DNA of 63,966 nucleotides, filler included, from Folioceros fuciformis (Eukaryota), in NCBI GenBank assembly GCA_049999805.1. It is 19 parts of 19 records of this genome, joined end to end, with 100 filler letters (N's around TTAATTAATTAA, not from the genome) between each part and the next. Parts side by side here need not be neighbours in the genome. Positions count along the whole stretch, not along the records: positions 32,660 to 41,911 come from JBNGIO010004724.1; positions 42,012 to 43,976 come from JBNGIO010004725.1; positions 44,077 to 45,434 come from JBNGIO010004726.1; positions 45,535 to 46,799 come from JBNGIO010004727.1; 15 more parts are not named here. One strand, written 5' to 3'. The notes beneath the pieces are model-generated. The model saw nothing but the letters and a program-made list of their open reading frames with translations, ran no database searches and was not told the origin of the DNA. The translations under genes were made by a program, and so were the position numbers. This document shows, piece by piece, positions 34,635 to 46,899 of the stretch. Position 1 is the stretch's first letter. Each line of letters begins with the position of its first letter.

Positions 34635-34723
34635 GCCTCCGCTTCCCTTCCACTCACCTCCCGAGCCTCCGCTTCCCTTCCACTCACCTCCCGAGCCTCC
34701 GCTTCCCTTCCCCTCACCTCCCA
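34635..34723 (+). repeat. 30-bp tandem repeat in the divergent intergenic region between HD and PPR genes
   Basis: GCCTCCGCTTCCCTTCCACTCACCTCCCGA, about 3 copies, running into an N gap. Confidence 0.8.
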
Positions 34724-35390
34724 GACATCCACCACCGCTTCCGCTTCACCTTTGCTCTCATACCACGTATATCACCGCCTAGCTAATGTGACCTCTTTCG
34801 GCGCCCTACTGCCGACTCCCAACGAGGTGGAAATCTGCACTAGGGCTAGGGCTCGAATTAGGGCTAGGGTTCCGTTGAGAGTTCACATTCAACAACTGCG
34901 GCGTTCCCGCCATGAGGATGTAGTGCAGCGCGAACTGAAGGAACCCTGTGTATATAAGCTTCCGCTCGGAAATGTATGGAATTGAAGTGTGTCTGCACAG
35001 TTGGTCACTCTGAACCCGACATCAGGGTCCCAGAGCCTGTAACTGCCGCTTGACGAACTCGGCCAATTTGCACCTATCTGGTACTTCCATTCGTTGGATG
35101 AGTTTGAAGCGTATCGACGTCGGCTTCGAAGGATACGCTGTTCTGAAGAGCGGACGTTAAGTGAAGGGATGGACATTTTTCAGAGGCTTTGGGGGTAGCT
35201 GATGGCAGAAGCATGTGATCGAAGTACCTGACGTATCGCCTAGGGACGCGGGGGCTTCAGAGAAGAGGCGGGTAGTCCAGGGAAAGCTTAGACTTGTGGT
35301 GCTCAATTCTCAGGCTAGCTGGATTGCAGAGGTCGCTAGGAGAAGGTTGGAAGAGTTGTCTGTGCTGGTGAGCAATGCCTGCCGTAGAAC

Positions 35391-38300
35391 GTGTTGTCGT
35401 CTGTATCGCGGTATGCTCTGCGAGCAAAGGTGGATATGGAGACAGCCATGTGCGCAATTGGCGCACGGGAGCTGGGTTCCAGCTTCAGGCTAGACTCCGG
35501 AGATTCTCGTCATGCTGCGTTCGCTCCTGGCTTTTCATCCATGCACAGGGGAAGAGGGCGTGTCGTGGCAGGAAGTTGTTCGGACCCTTCGAAGCCCAAC
35601 GCGTGGGGTAATATGTGCTGTTGCATCACCTCTCCTTGTTCGGCGTGCGAACCGTTAGCGCGTGACGAATGCTCGTGGAGCTGGAGTTTTTACAGGAATG
35701 CAGCGCCTTTTAGGCAATGGCTGATGGGAAGACGTGAGCGCCCGGAGCTCGTGTGGTGGCAGGTTTCTCTGTGTCATGCACTTCGGTGGTACAGCAGGCA
35801 ACGTAAGAAGAGTTCCCGATCTCTCGCTTCGTCGTGTCGGAAGTCCAAGAAGAGTTCCTATGTAGACAGCTTTTACAAGCCAGGTGGGGTGGATCAGCCG
35901 CTGGCTGCAGTGTATGTGCACATGGGTCTTGCACCCATAGCGGATGGTCTCCCCGGACCTTCAGGCCACAAGAGGGGTAAGGCGTTCGAGTCCGTTGGCA
36001 AGCGATGTCACGAGCTACAGCTCATTGAGGCTGTTGAGACAATGGGAACTCTGGTGGAAATGGGTTACCGGGCTTCTCAATCTCTACTTTTTACTGTTAT
36101 GAGGAGATGTGTGGTTGAGAGGGATCTGGTTCTTGGGCGGCGTGTGCATGCCCTTACTGTGAAGAGTGGGTTGGGGTCAGATCCTTACTTGTGCAACCAC
36201 ATACTACGGATGTACGCTTCTCATTCCAGGTTGAAGGAAGCGATGGACGTGTTTGCCGGGGTCGTTAGTCCAGATGCCTTCATGTGGTCGTCTATCATTT
36301 CCGCGCATGTTAAACATGGCCACGATAAGCAGGCGATACAACTGTATCATCGAATGCGCAGGTTAAATGTGAAGCCAGATGGCCATGTGTTTGTAGCAGC
36401 CCTTCAGGCTTGTGCAAGGGGAACAGACTTGCTAGCTGGGAAGCAGGTGCACGCTGATGTGCTGGCCACTGGGGTCCAGCCTGATTGTTTTGTTTGTAGT
36501 TGTTTAGTGGAGATGTATGCTAAGTGTGGCAGCTTGGCGGAAGCTCAAATGGTGTTTGATGGACTGCGTGAAAAGAATGTGGTTACGTGGACTTCTCTGA
36601 TATCAGGATTTTGCCAGGAGGGCATGAGTCAGGAAGCCCTTCATCTTTACAGTGCAATGCAAAATGAAGGCATTTCTGTTCCGAATGCTGCAACTTTTGT
36701 CTCCCTTCTGCAAGCATGTGCAAATGTGGGTGCCCCTGCTTTGGAGGAGGGGAAACAAATCCATGCACAGTTGAATGATCAAGAACTTAAGGTTGACAAT
36801 GTCATAGGGGGCAGTCTGATAAACATGTATGCAAAGTGTGGCAGCTTGGAAGATGCTCAAAAGGTGTTTGACGGACTTGGTGAAAAAAGCACTGTCACAT
36901 GCACTGCAATGATAGCAGGATACTTGAAGTGTGGTTGCGTTGACGATGCTCAGGCATTGTTTGACAGGTTTCCTCAGAAAGATGTTGTGATGTGGAACAC
37001 GATGATTGCTGGATATTCCCAACAGGGCATGGGGCTGGAAGCCTTGTCTCTTTACAGCGTCATGCAAGAAGAAGCAAATTCTGTCCCGACTTCTGTTACA
37101 TTCGTGTGCCTCTTGCAGGCGTGTACAGTTGTCGGCTTGTCAGCTTTGGAAACGGGGAAGCAACTTCATGCACAGATAGGAGAACGAGGACTGCAGACTG
37201 ACTTAGGTGTGGCTTGCAGCTTGGTAAACATGTATGCAAAATGTGGCAGTATAGAAGATGCACGAAGAGTCTTTGATAGCCTTCCTCTTAAAAATGTGGT
37301 GACGTGGAACGCCATGATATCAGGCTATTCCCAGCAGGGCATGAGCGAGAATGCCTTCCATGTTCACAGCACTATGCAAGAAGAGGGCATCGCCATACCT
37401 GATGCGGTGACATTTGTATGCCTCCTTCAGGCATGTGCAAGTGAGGGTATCGCATCTTTGGGGAAAGGGCAGCAGTTGCATGCACAGATTAGGGAGAGAG
37501 GGTTTCAGGCTGATTTATTTGTAGCGAACAGTCTGGTTAACATGTATGCGAAGTGTGGCAGCTTGGAGGACGCTCAACGAGTGTTTGACGGACTTGGTAG
37601 GAAAAATGTCGTGACGTGGACTGCGATGATAGCAGGGTATGCCCAGCAGGGTATGGGGGTGGAAGCCCTTCGTCTGTACAGGGCTATGCAAGAAGAAGGA
37701 ATTGTTGCACCTGACCCTGTGACATACGTGTATCTCTTGCAGGCATGCGCAAATGTGGCAGCTTTGCATCTGGGAAAGCAGCTTCACGCTCAGATCGAAG
37801 AGCAATGCCTTCTAGCGGATGTTCTTGTAGCTGTCAGTTTAATAGACATGTATGTGAAGTCCGGGAGCATGGTGGAGGCAGATCAGGTGTTTGAGGCGTT
37901 GCCTGAAAGAGGGGTCATTGCCTGGAACTCGCTGATTGCAGGCTACACTTGTCAAGGAGACAGCGAAGTGGTTTTTGACTTGTTTCACAGAATGAGAGAT
38001 GAGGGCATTTGGCCAGCCAGTGGCACTTTCGTCAGTGTGCTCACGGTATGCAGTCACGCAGGTCTAGTGGATGAGGGGCAACAATTTTTTGAGGATATGA
38101 GCAGAGACTATGGCATCGTTCCCAAGTTGGAGCACTACACATGCATGATCGATCTCCTAGGTCGTGCAGGCCAATTGGACGAGGCCCTAGCCTTGGTAAG
38201 GACCATGACTGTCCAGCCCGATGTTGCAATTTGGCACACTTTATTGGGTGCTTGTCTAAAGTGGAACAACTGGAAGATGGGACGCCTTTCTTTTGATGAA

Positions 38301-38528
38301 GCCGTGAGGCTAGACAGACAGGACGCTGCAGCATACGTCTTGATGTCAAACATATACACGAGAGCTGACATGTGGGAGCAGGCATTTGAAATGCACTCGA
38401 GGAGGAAAGGGGCCGGAGCATGGAAGCAGCCAGGCCAGAGCTGGTGGACAGACATGGACGGACTGGTGCATAGTTTCCTGGTAGGGTGTAGGAAGCATAA
38501 TCTGCGAGGCTGGAGGAGCGTTGTATGA
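35391..38528 (+). CDS. PLS-class PPR RNA-editing factor with E1/E2 and truncated WW-type E+/DYW start; true start codon uncertain
   Basis: Repeated LVNMYAKCGSLEDA/VVTWNAMISGY/VTFVCLLQAC triplets, HYTCMIDLLGRAG, AYVLMSNIY and KQPGQSWWTDMDGLVHSF; no HxE/CxxC deaminase. Confidence 0.92.
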   Translation: MLSSVSRYALRAKVDMETAMCAIGARELGSSFRLDSGDSRHAAFAPGFSSMHRGRGRVVAGSCSDPSKPNAWGNMCCCITSPCSACEPLARDECSWSWSFYRNAAPFRQWLMGRRERPELVWWQVSLCHALRWYSRQRKKSSRSLASSCRKSKKSSYVDSFYKPGGVDQPLAAVYVHMGLAPIADGLPGPSGHKRGKAFESVGKRCHELQLIEAVETMGTLVEMGYRASQSLLFTVMRRCVVERDLVLGRRVHALTVKSGLGSDPYLCNHILRMYASHSRLKEAMDVFAGVVSPDAFMWSSIISAHVKHGHDKQAIQLYHRMRRLNVKPDGHVFVAALQACARGTDLLAGKQVHADVLATGVQPDCFVCSCLVEMYAKCGSLAEAQMVFDGLREKNVVTWTSLISGFCQEGMSQEALHLYSAMQNEGISVPNAATFVSLLQACANVGAPALEEGKQIHAQLNDQELKVDNVIGGSLINMYAKCGSLEDAQKVFDGLGEKSTVTCTAMIAGYLKCGCVDDAQALFDRFPQKDVVMWNTMIAGYSQQGMGLEALSLYSVMQEEANSVPTSVTFVCLLQACTVVGLSALETGKQLHAQIGERGLQTDLGVACSLVNMYAKCGSIEDARRVFDSLPLKNVVTWNAMISGYSQQGMSENAFHVHSTMQEEGIAIPDAVTFVCLLQACASEGIASLGKGQQLHAQIRERGFQADLFVANSLVNMYAKCGSLEDAQRVFDGLGRKNVVTWTAMIAGYAQQGMGVEALRLYRAMQEEGIVAPDPVTYVYLLQACANVAALHLGKQLHAQIEEQCLLADVLVAVSLIDMYVKSGSMVEADQVFEALPERGVIAWNSLIAGYTCQGDSEVVFDLFHRMRDEGIWPASGTFVSVLTVCSHAGLVDEGQQFFEDMSRDYGIVPKLEHYTCMIDLLGRAGQLDEALALVRTMTVQPDVAIWHTLLGACLKWNNWKMGRLSFDEAVRLDRQDAAAYVLMSNIYTRADMWEQAFEMHSRRKGAGAWKQPGQSWWTDMDGLVHSFLVGCRKHNLRGWRSVV

Positions 38529-38819
38529 AATTCCTGTCTACCGTAACGGTACCCAGGAATTTCATTCGAGGGCATTTCACGGGGGCAGAGTAACGTCGAA
38601 ATTATTATTGTAACAATAAAATAGAATTGAAAAAGTACATTTTTAAAACTTATGGTAAAGAAGTATTCATACTAAATTTTAATATCGAAAAGAATATTAG
38701 AAATATTTATATACAATTAATGATTTATTAAATTTTAAATTTCCCTTACGGGCCTCCCGGTGTTTGCAGCCAGGTTAAAGGCAAGAAACCCGACCTGGTG
38801 CTCCGACATGACCTTCGTC

Positions 38820-39190
38820 ACTACAAAGTAATTGAAGGCAAGAAACCCGGAGCGAAATAATTGTTGGCCAAAAAAATCCGAAGCAAAGTAATTATTGGCA
38901 AAAAAAACCCAAAGCAAAGTAATTATTAGCAAAAAAAATCGAAGCAAAGTAATTGTTGGCAAGACAACCAAAGCACTAGGTAGACAACCCTAAACCCTAA
39001 AGAAACCCCAAAGGCGACTTGTTCGCATCATACTTAGGGAAATGTCATAAACCACACTTCAAGGTCGACATGGTCATGTCTTTGTTGGCATCATACTAAG
39101 CCCAATGTCACCAACCACACTTCAAGGTCAACATGGTCATGTTAGTGTTCGCATCATACTAAGTGCAATGTCACTAACCACACTTCACTA
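38820..39190 (+). repeat. Two tandem arrays (about 30-bp and about 63-bp units)
   Basis: AAGCAAAGTAATTATTGGCAAAAAAA repeats at 38820-38965; CATCATACTAAG...AATGTCA..AACCACACTTCAAGGTC.ACATGGTCATG repeats at 39020-39190. Confidence 0.75.
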
Positions 39191-39499
39191 TGACTTGTTT
39201 ATTGTCCACTTTCCAGCTCTAATAACATAGTGTATGGCCGTAACGCATATCCTTCCGTATCACTATAATCTCTTTGCAACATAATCTATCTGTAACTGTT
39301 TGTATTCAAGTTGTATACGTGTACCATACACATACAAATTTGAAGAGGAGACACCACAACTACCTTGCGGCAAGTTACTTGACAACACCTTATACCTCAC
39401 AATGTGTATCGAGTTACATTGTGTGTGTGCTTGTGTTTTTGAGAGGACAACGTAGTAGTGTGCACTTAAAGTAGGCTTCGTAGTTCAGGCTCCGTAGTG

Positions 39500-40020
39500 C
39501 ATGATGAGGATTGATCTCCAAGTGGTGGTCGCTCAGTTGCAAGAAAATGAACCTATGCAAGTCGGTTATGTACCACTGCACATTGTTGTTGAAGATTACG
39601 ATGCAAGCTCACATATGTAGTGAGGGGTTATGTACCACTGCACATTGTTGTTGAAGATTATGATGCANNNNNNNNNNATGTACCACTGCACATTGTTGTT
39701 GAAGATTATGATGCAAGCTCACATGTGTATTGAGGGTGTGTTACTTTTTTCACAGCAATTTCCCTAAATGGTTGGTGCAAAAAGTGTAAGGAAGTTGTAA
39801 GTGGCAAGTTGCACTATCGTTTACATCTACTGCTTGCAAATTCAAGTTCCAAGACATGGGCAACAACTTTCATAGTTGGAAGGGATTTAATGAGGCAAAC
39901 TAATGAGGAGTTTAGTATGAAGTGAGAGGAGAAGCCTCACATTTGCTTAAAAGAATGGAAGGAGAGCATTTCTTTTGTCTCTCCATTAAGAGAGCCAATG
40001 CTCATCACCTTGCAAGCGTT
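39500..40020 (+). pseudogene. Decayed RPA1-like C-terminal OB fold/Zn ribbon, possibly Helitron-derived
   Basis: Manual translation NGWCKKCKEVVSGKLHYRLHLLLANSSSKTWATTFIVGRDLMRQTNEEF fits the Rep_fac-A_C pattern; internal triplication around a small gap. Confidence 0.45.
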
Positions 40021-40500
40021 TTTATTTTACATCAAGCAATAATGAAAACTACCTAGTACCATATAGTATATATATNNNNNNNNNNNNNNNNNNNNNNNNN
40101 NNNNNNNNNNNNNNNNNNNNNNNNNNNNNNNNNNNNNNNNNNNNNNNNNNNNNNNNNNNNNNNNNNNNNNNNNNNNNNNNNNNNNNNNNNNNNNNNGTAT
40201 ATATATTGTACTAGGTAGTTTTCATTATTGCTTGCTGAAATCATGAATGTGTGTATATATACCATTTTTGTGATTGCATCGATAGACAAAACATGCTTTC
40301 ACTTTAAGCCATATCTTTTGTTTTTCAAATACAAAACATGGGGAAGTCTTACAAAAGTTAGCATAATGCAATGCCTGCAAGGCAAAGTACGAAAGAAAAT
40401 AGTGGCAAGGGCGGTAGTTGGGAAGGATATTATCACTAAGTCCCTATTATGGATAAGCAAGAGCAAATGACAAGAGCAGCAGACAATGACAAAATTTGTC

Positions 40501-41631
40501 ATTCTGCACCTAATGGTCATATTCTATGAAGCCCGTTTGGTGCACATTTGAATTTACACCATCCTAGTCACATATCCACATTTAAGCCATTTAAAAAAAA
40601 AACACTGGTTTTGACGTGTGGTGGACACCATCCATCTCCACAGATTTGCCCACAACCAACTGGTACATAAGTTATTAGAACTATGAAAATTTCCAGGAAA
40701 AACGAATCGTACCCTGGGTGCGCCGGTCTACCGGCGCACTCAACAGTATGTTTGGGTGACAGGAAGTTGGCTATATGCATGCCATGAATTTATAGGGTTT
40801 AACAGTCGAATTTAAATATAGGCATAATGTACCACAGACTTCATCTACTCTCCAAATCACCTTTACACCAAAACATGAACGTCTTGGTTGGCCTCGGAAT
40901 CGACAACTATCTCTACATCTTTGAGGCGCTGGTCCTCTGTGTCTTCGAAGTCGTCTCCCTCTACGTGTAGGATAGAGAAATGTGGGTCGTCCACAGTCTG
41001 AGGCGGAAGTGTGCCATTCTCATCCCATATCGTCATCGCGTACAGATCTTCTGCTGGTCTGTTGTCCGATTGAGAAAATCTCTACTTTGTTCCCCAGCAA
41101 ACTGAATACCTGCATACGACGATCCACGCTACCGTCCGCGCAGACTTCTTTGGCCCAAAACTTCGTGGGCCCATGCGAGAAGTGGTTTGTGCTGATCTCC
41201 TCATTAGCGTCGGGCAAAGAGCCTATGCCATTCACTCTCTACATCATATAAGTCGTGCATCGTATATCAATGTCCATCGCGACAACATGCCTTCCTCTTT
41301 GAATTGCAGCCTGAAGGAACGACCCAGATCCTGCGCACGCATCCACTACCCAATCTCCTTCAGCCGAGAACATATTGACCAGCATACCCACTAACCCAAG
41401 AGGCTTTTGAACGACCATAGAATCTACCGAGTGGAACATATGGTTTTTAACCACAGCTCCATGCCTTATAACTCTCGGCAAAAGAAATCCCTGATTCACG
41501 AATAAAGCAGCTTTTGTGGTATGAGCTTCAGAGTGAACTGCACTCCCAACAGTTAAATACTCCATAGTCTCAACTGCCCCTACATTGGGAGGAATTTTGG
41601 TCTTCTCCCATACTCATGTCTGTATGGTGCC
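40501..41631. mobile_element. Second, diverged copy of the MTase-carrying TIR transposon (left end)
   Basis: TCTGCACCTAATGGTCATATTC.ATGAAGCCCGTTTGG matches 7949-7987; colinear with 7949-9095; cut at 41632 by an LTR-like insertion starting TGTAGAGG. Confidence 0.88.
40863..41631 (-). pseudogene. Beta-class DNA amino-methyltransferase, C-terminal two-thirds, copy 2
   Basis: MEYLTVGSAVH...QKPLGLVGMLVNMFSAEGDWVVDACAGSGSFLQAAIQRGRHVVAMDID; stop at 41239, frameshift near 41070; same acidic tail ending TAA at 40863. Confidence 0.82.
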
Positions 41632-42011
41632 TGTAGAGGGAAAAACTATTCGCGAACCCCTTTTTGAGTGATAGATTTGGTGGATTTTGGTTTTTTTGTG
41701 TGAAGTGAAGGAGAAAGCGGCTTGGGTTGAGGATAAAACCGAGGTATTTATACCCAAAGTCTCCTTGGGCCATGGTACTTTGGGCGAATTGGTGGCCAGA
41801 CCAAGTGTCTGGGGGTGGTTGGTTGTCCTTGGCCTTTGGCGGAGAGGGGGGGTACCGGGAGGTCTATATATGCACCCCCCCCCTTAAAAATAAGAAATAA
41901 GAAAGGGGCCTNNNNNNNNNNNNNNNNNNNNNNNNNNNNNNNNNNNNNNNNNNNNTTAATTAATTAANNNNNNNNNNNNNNNNNNNNNNNNNNNNNNNNN
42001 NNNNNNNNNNN

Positions 42012-43976
42012 TCCCTCTCCAGCAGCCCATGTTGCTGATGCAAAGGCTCCTGTTAGTATAGCCTACCTATGGCATTGCAGGCTGGGTCACCCTAATATAC
42101 AGGCTATGAGACGTCTTCTCAAAGAGACGATGGTAGCTGGAATTGTGGAATCGGAGTTACCTGATCTAGAGTTGTGTGTAGCTTGTATCCATGGCAAGCA
42201 GTTTAAATCCCACTTTGGAAGTGGTAAACCTCGCAACGTTACAGAACCTCTGGACCTAATCCACACGGATATTTGTGGCCGTATGTCTTCTTCATCCTGG
42301 GGAGGCTCACGATATTTTGTGGTATTTGAGGATGACAGGACTCACTTCACCGTTACATTTCTTCTTCAGCATAAGAGTGAGGTATTTGACTCCTTTAAAA
42401 AGTATCTGGCTTATGCAGAACGCCAGACTGGGCATAAGTTGAAATGCCTCAGATTCGACAATGCCAAGGAGTATCTGTCAGCTGCTTTCCAAGATTTTTG
42501 CGAAGAAAGAGGAATCACAAGATAGCTAACTATTCCTTACCACTCGGATATGAATGGTCGGGCTAAACGTCGCCATCGTACCATTTTGGATGCAGCCAGG
42601 TCCCTTATGTTTCAGGGGAGGCTGCCTGTACGTTTATGGGGTGAAGCAGTTCAAGTTGCAACATATCTTCAGAACAGGATTGCTGTTTCCTCACTTCATG
42701 GACAGACACCCTTTGAGGCTTGGACAGGGGTCAAGCCTGATCTGTCACATCTTCGAGTTTTTGGGAGCATTGCCTATGCACATATTCCGGACAAACTGCG
42801 TCAGAAGTTCTCTTATAAGTCAAAGCAGCATATTTTTATCGGCTACACTGTCGGCATCCATGGGTACAAACTGTTTGATCCTATCTCTCATAAGGTACTC
42901 CATGCCAGGACAGTGGTATTTGATGAGAGATCTGTTCTCCAAGCTTCTTCTTTGGATGATTCTGCAGTTACTGTCCCTTTTGATGTTGAGGAACATTTTG
43001 ATAATACTGATGCCTCTGAACATGAGTTGAAAGCTGTTACCTTTCCAAGGTTCAATGATGCCTCTTTTCTGGCAGATGACCTTGGACAGCCTGATTTGGC
43101 TGTTCTTGTTGGTGGGGTTGCTCCTCATGCAGGGGCTGTTCCTGGTGCTGTAGATTCTCCCCCATCTATCAACTCTGATTTGGATTCTGATTTTGAGGTC
43201 CCTGTCCAGGGTCCTCAGTCCCCTGTTGCTGGCTTTATTCCTCCCTATGGAGAGGCTGATATTGATGCACCCGTCCCTCAGCCTCCTCCTCTCTTACGTA
43301 GGTCTGGTTGCCCTCATTGCCCTCCCTCTCAGTGGCATGAGCCCCCGTATCGTAGTACAGATTTTCGTCCAGTCTCCTGACTCCATGATTCTCAGGCTGA
43401 TGAGTTTGTCGCTGATGTTGTAGATGTGGTCAACCTTACCATCACTCCTGGGTATGAACTGCAGTCCTACAAAGATGCTCTTAGTGGGCCAGAGTCTAGG
43501 CAGTGGGAGCAAGCCATTAGGTCTGAATATGACAGCCTGATACAAAACCATACCTGGAAAGTCTGCCCTCCGCCTCCGAGGAGGACAATTGTCACCTCTA
43601 AATGGGTCTTTAAGTTGAAATACAAGGCAGATGGCAGCATTTCCCGGTACAAGGCTAGGTTAGTAGCTCGCGGTTTTTCTCAGGTCCCTGGGCTGGATTA
43701 CCATGACACCTTCTCCCCTGTTGTCAAGTCCCAGTCTCTCAGGGTCCTCTTCGCTATGTCAGCCTTCTTCAAGCTATTCATTCATCAAATGGACGTCAAG
43801 ACTGCCTTCCTCCATGGACAGTTAGAGGAAGAGATTTATATGCAGCAGCCTGAAGGGTTTGAGCTGAAAGGAAAAGAAGACCACATTTGTAAGCTGCTCA
43901 AGACCATATACGGGCTGAAACAAAGTCCTAGAGCTTGGTATTTCTGCATAGATGAGTTTCTCCTGGAGTTTGGCTT
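42012..43976 (+). pseudogene. Decayed Copia integrase-RT
   Basis: WHCRLGH, HTDICG, SKWVFK, YKARLVARG and YGLKQSPRAW. Confidence 0.93.
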
Positions 43977-44076
43977 NNNNNNNNNNNNNNNNNNNNNNNN
44001 NNNNNNNNNNNNNNNNNNNNTTAATTAATTAANNNNNNNNNNNNNNNNNNNNNNNNNNNNNNNNNNNNNNNNNNNN

Positions 44077-45339
44077 GATGTCAAAACTGCTTTCTTACAT
44101 GGAAAGTTAGAGGAAGAAATTTTAATGTAGCAACCAGAGGGGTTTGAGCATACCGGCAAGGAGGAGTGGGTGTGTAAGTTACTAAAGACCATTTATGGTC
44201 TCAAGCAAAGTCCACGTGCTTGGTACCAATGCATCAATGAGTTTCTGTTAGGCCAAGGTTTTCTACAAAGCTTAGCAGATACAACTGTTTATTTCTTACA
44301 AGACTACAAGGGCAGCTTTGTTATTTTAGCCCTTTATGTGGATGATTGTATAATCCTGGGTACAGACCTGGATGGGATCTCTCATGTGAAGGGTTTGCTG
44401 TCAAGTTGTTTTGATATGGTGGACATAGGTGAGTTGTCTTATTGCCTTGGCACTCAACTTCAGAGAGATCCTGCCACTGGAACCCTGTTAATACACTAGG
44501 AAAAATACATCTATGATATGCTTTATAAATACAAGTTGACAGAAGCAAAGCCAGCGCTTACTCCCCTTGAGGCTGGATGTAAGCTTTCTATTATTCAGTC
44601 TCCACAAAATTGATGAGGACAAGGCAGAGGTGAGTGATGTTCCTTATGCTCAAGATGTTGGATCTTTACCCTCGTTCGCCTCCATTAAGCACCTTTGTCC
44701 GACATCCTTTGCACAGGGCATGCTAGAACATCAGGAGGACATTTGCAAACATTGGAGCCGTAGAGCAGCAGTGCCATGAGACTCTTTGGACACAGGAGAA
44801 GCAGGCTCAGATCTGTTGGTGTCCAGCTCTTCCTGAGCTTTGTTCAGGGTAGTTCTTGCCTGTTCCTCAGACACGCTGTTGTTCTCCTTAGTGACCTCTG
44901 CACAGTCTGGAGTCTGCACAGCTCTCGCACCCTTGGAGCCAGCCAAGGCTCAGCTTGGAGGCGCCAGGCACAAGTGAATCGTAGGAGCTGAAGCACAGTT
45001 TTTCAAGCAAGCGCGAGACTGACGAATGAGTGTGATGAGCACAAGACATAGTTGCCCTAGGTTTATAATACCACTATTATCCTTTTTTGGTATTTATTCG
45101 TATATGCAATGAGAGGGGGTGTTGAGACAAATAATTAAATATTATTTGTTGGTCATTGCCATATACCTAGATAAAGTAAACCCCTAAATGAGACGGTTGT
45201 TAGTTACACCCGTTCACAGGACTTGGATATAGATATTTATTCTTGTATCAATACTTAAATAATATAGAGTCAATCTGTTTTTTTAGTGCATCTGATGCGG
45301 TCATGTCTCCAATCTCGTGTAAATCCATGAAACTCAACA
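44077..45339 (+). mobile_element. Copia 3' end: RT remnant, extra 3' region, PPT, 220-bp LTR
   Basis: LYVDD; PPT GAGAGGGGG 45111-45119; LTR TGTTGAG...CTCAACA 45120-45339. Confidence 0.85.
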
Positions 45340-45534
45340 GTTACTTGCTCCTCGACTTCCACGACGCCCGCTGGCCTCGTCTGCGATGCCCGCTAGCCCA
45401 ATGCGATCGGGCGTTCGCGTCCGGCGCCCACGACNNNNNNNNNNNNNNNNNNNNNNNNNNNNNNNNNNNNNNNNNNNNTTAATTAATTAANNNNNNNNNN
45501 NNNNNNNNNNNNNNNNNNNNNNNNNNNNNNNNNN

Positions 45535-46799
45535 ACTTTGTTCTGTAGAGAATTTCTCTCCCACAGCCATGGGAGTGATGGCGGGCTTACAGTCTACCAT
45601 CATGAACCTCTCTAGCATTTGCCTTATATAATGAGCCTGGTGACAAAGTATACTTCCCTTATCTGGACTAATGAATATCTGTATGCCTAGAAAGAAGGTG
45701 AGCGGACCCAAGTCCGTCATAGAGAATTCAGCAGTAAGAATAGACTTAACCTTCTTCATTATGTCAGGGGAATCAGCAAATATCAATGCATCATCAACAT
45801 ATAGTGCTAGAATGGCAAATGTCTGCCCTTCTCTAAGGATGTACACATTTGTGTCTGCATCACTCTGACTGAATCCTGACTGGATCAGGTAGGCGTGTAT
45901 CTTCTTATACCATACTCTTGGTGCTTGTTTCAGGCCATATAGGCTCTTCTTTAACCTGCATACTTTATGAGGTTCTTTCTTACTAACATATCCTTCTGGC
46001 TGTGTGATATACATCTCTTCATCTATGGTGCCATGGAGGAAAGCGGTTTTGACATCCATCTGATGAATGTCAAGCTTACATTCTGCAGCGAGTGCAAAGA
46101 GCATCCTTACAGAAGACGTCCTTACAACAGGTGAGAAGGTTTCGTGAAGTCAAGTCCTTCGACTTGCTTGTATCCATGCGCAACGTATCTTGCCTTATAT
46201 CTGGCCACTGTTCCATCTGGGTTCAACTTTTTCTTGAGCACCCACTTGCCTGTGAGTGCCTTGCGTCCTGGAGGCAGGTCTAACAGCTCCCAAGTCTGAT
46301 TGTCGATGAGGGACTGGTACTCTGAGTCTACGCCTGCTTTCCAGCTTTGGCCTTCAGGGGAGGAAAGTGCTTCCTTTAGTGTGGCTGGCTCTCCAAGATC
46401 CTATGCTGCAAGCAAGGCCTGAGCAACATAGGCATGAGGTGAGGCATTCTTCTTTGATGTGTTGTCACTAGTAGTGAGATTAGAAGTTTGCTGCCTATAG
46501 GCCTTGTCCAGTTCGTAGCTTAATGGCTTGTTAGTCCACTGACTTGGATCAGTTGTATGTGTTCTAGACGATCTTCTAGGAGCTGGGGGCTCATATGTTG
46601 GTGCCTCATTATGCTCCTCGACCTCTTCCTCAGCTACAGGAGGAGATGGTGGAGTGTCATCGTCCATGTCATCATAATCCTCTTGCTGCTCATTCTCGGA
46701 GTGTTGACTAGTGTCAAAGTGAGAGTCATCTGCAGTGAGGTCAGGTTCATCATCTGGGAAAGCATCTGCTGGTTGAACTGGAACTACTGAAGCTACTGG
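45535..46799 (-). pseudogene. Copia RT fragment
   Basis: HQMDVKTAFLHG, YGLKQAPRVW and LYVDD. Confidence 0.92.
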
Positions 46800-46899
46800 N
46801 NNNNNNNNNNNNNNNNNNNNNNNNNNNNNNNNNNNNNNNNNNNTTAATTAATTAANNNNNNNNNNNNNNNNNNNNNNNNNNNNNNNNNNNNNNNNNNNN

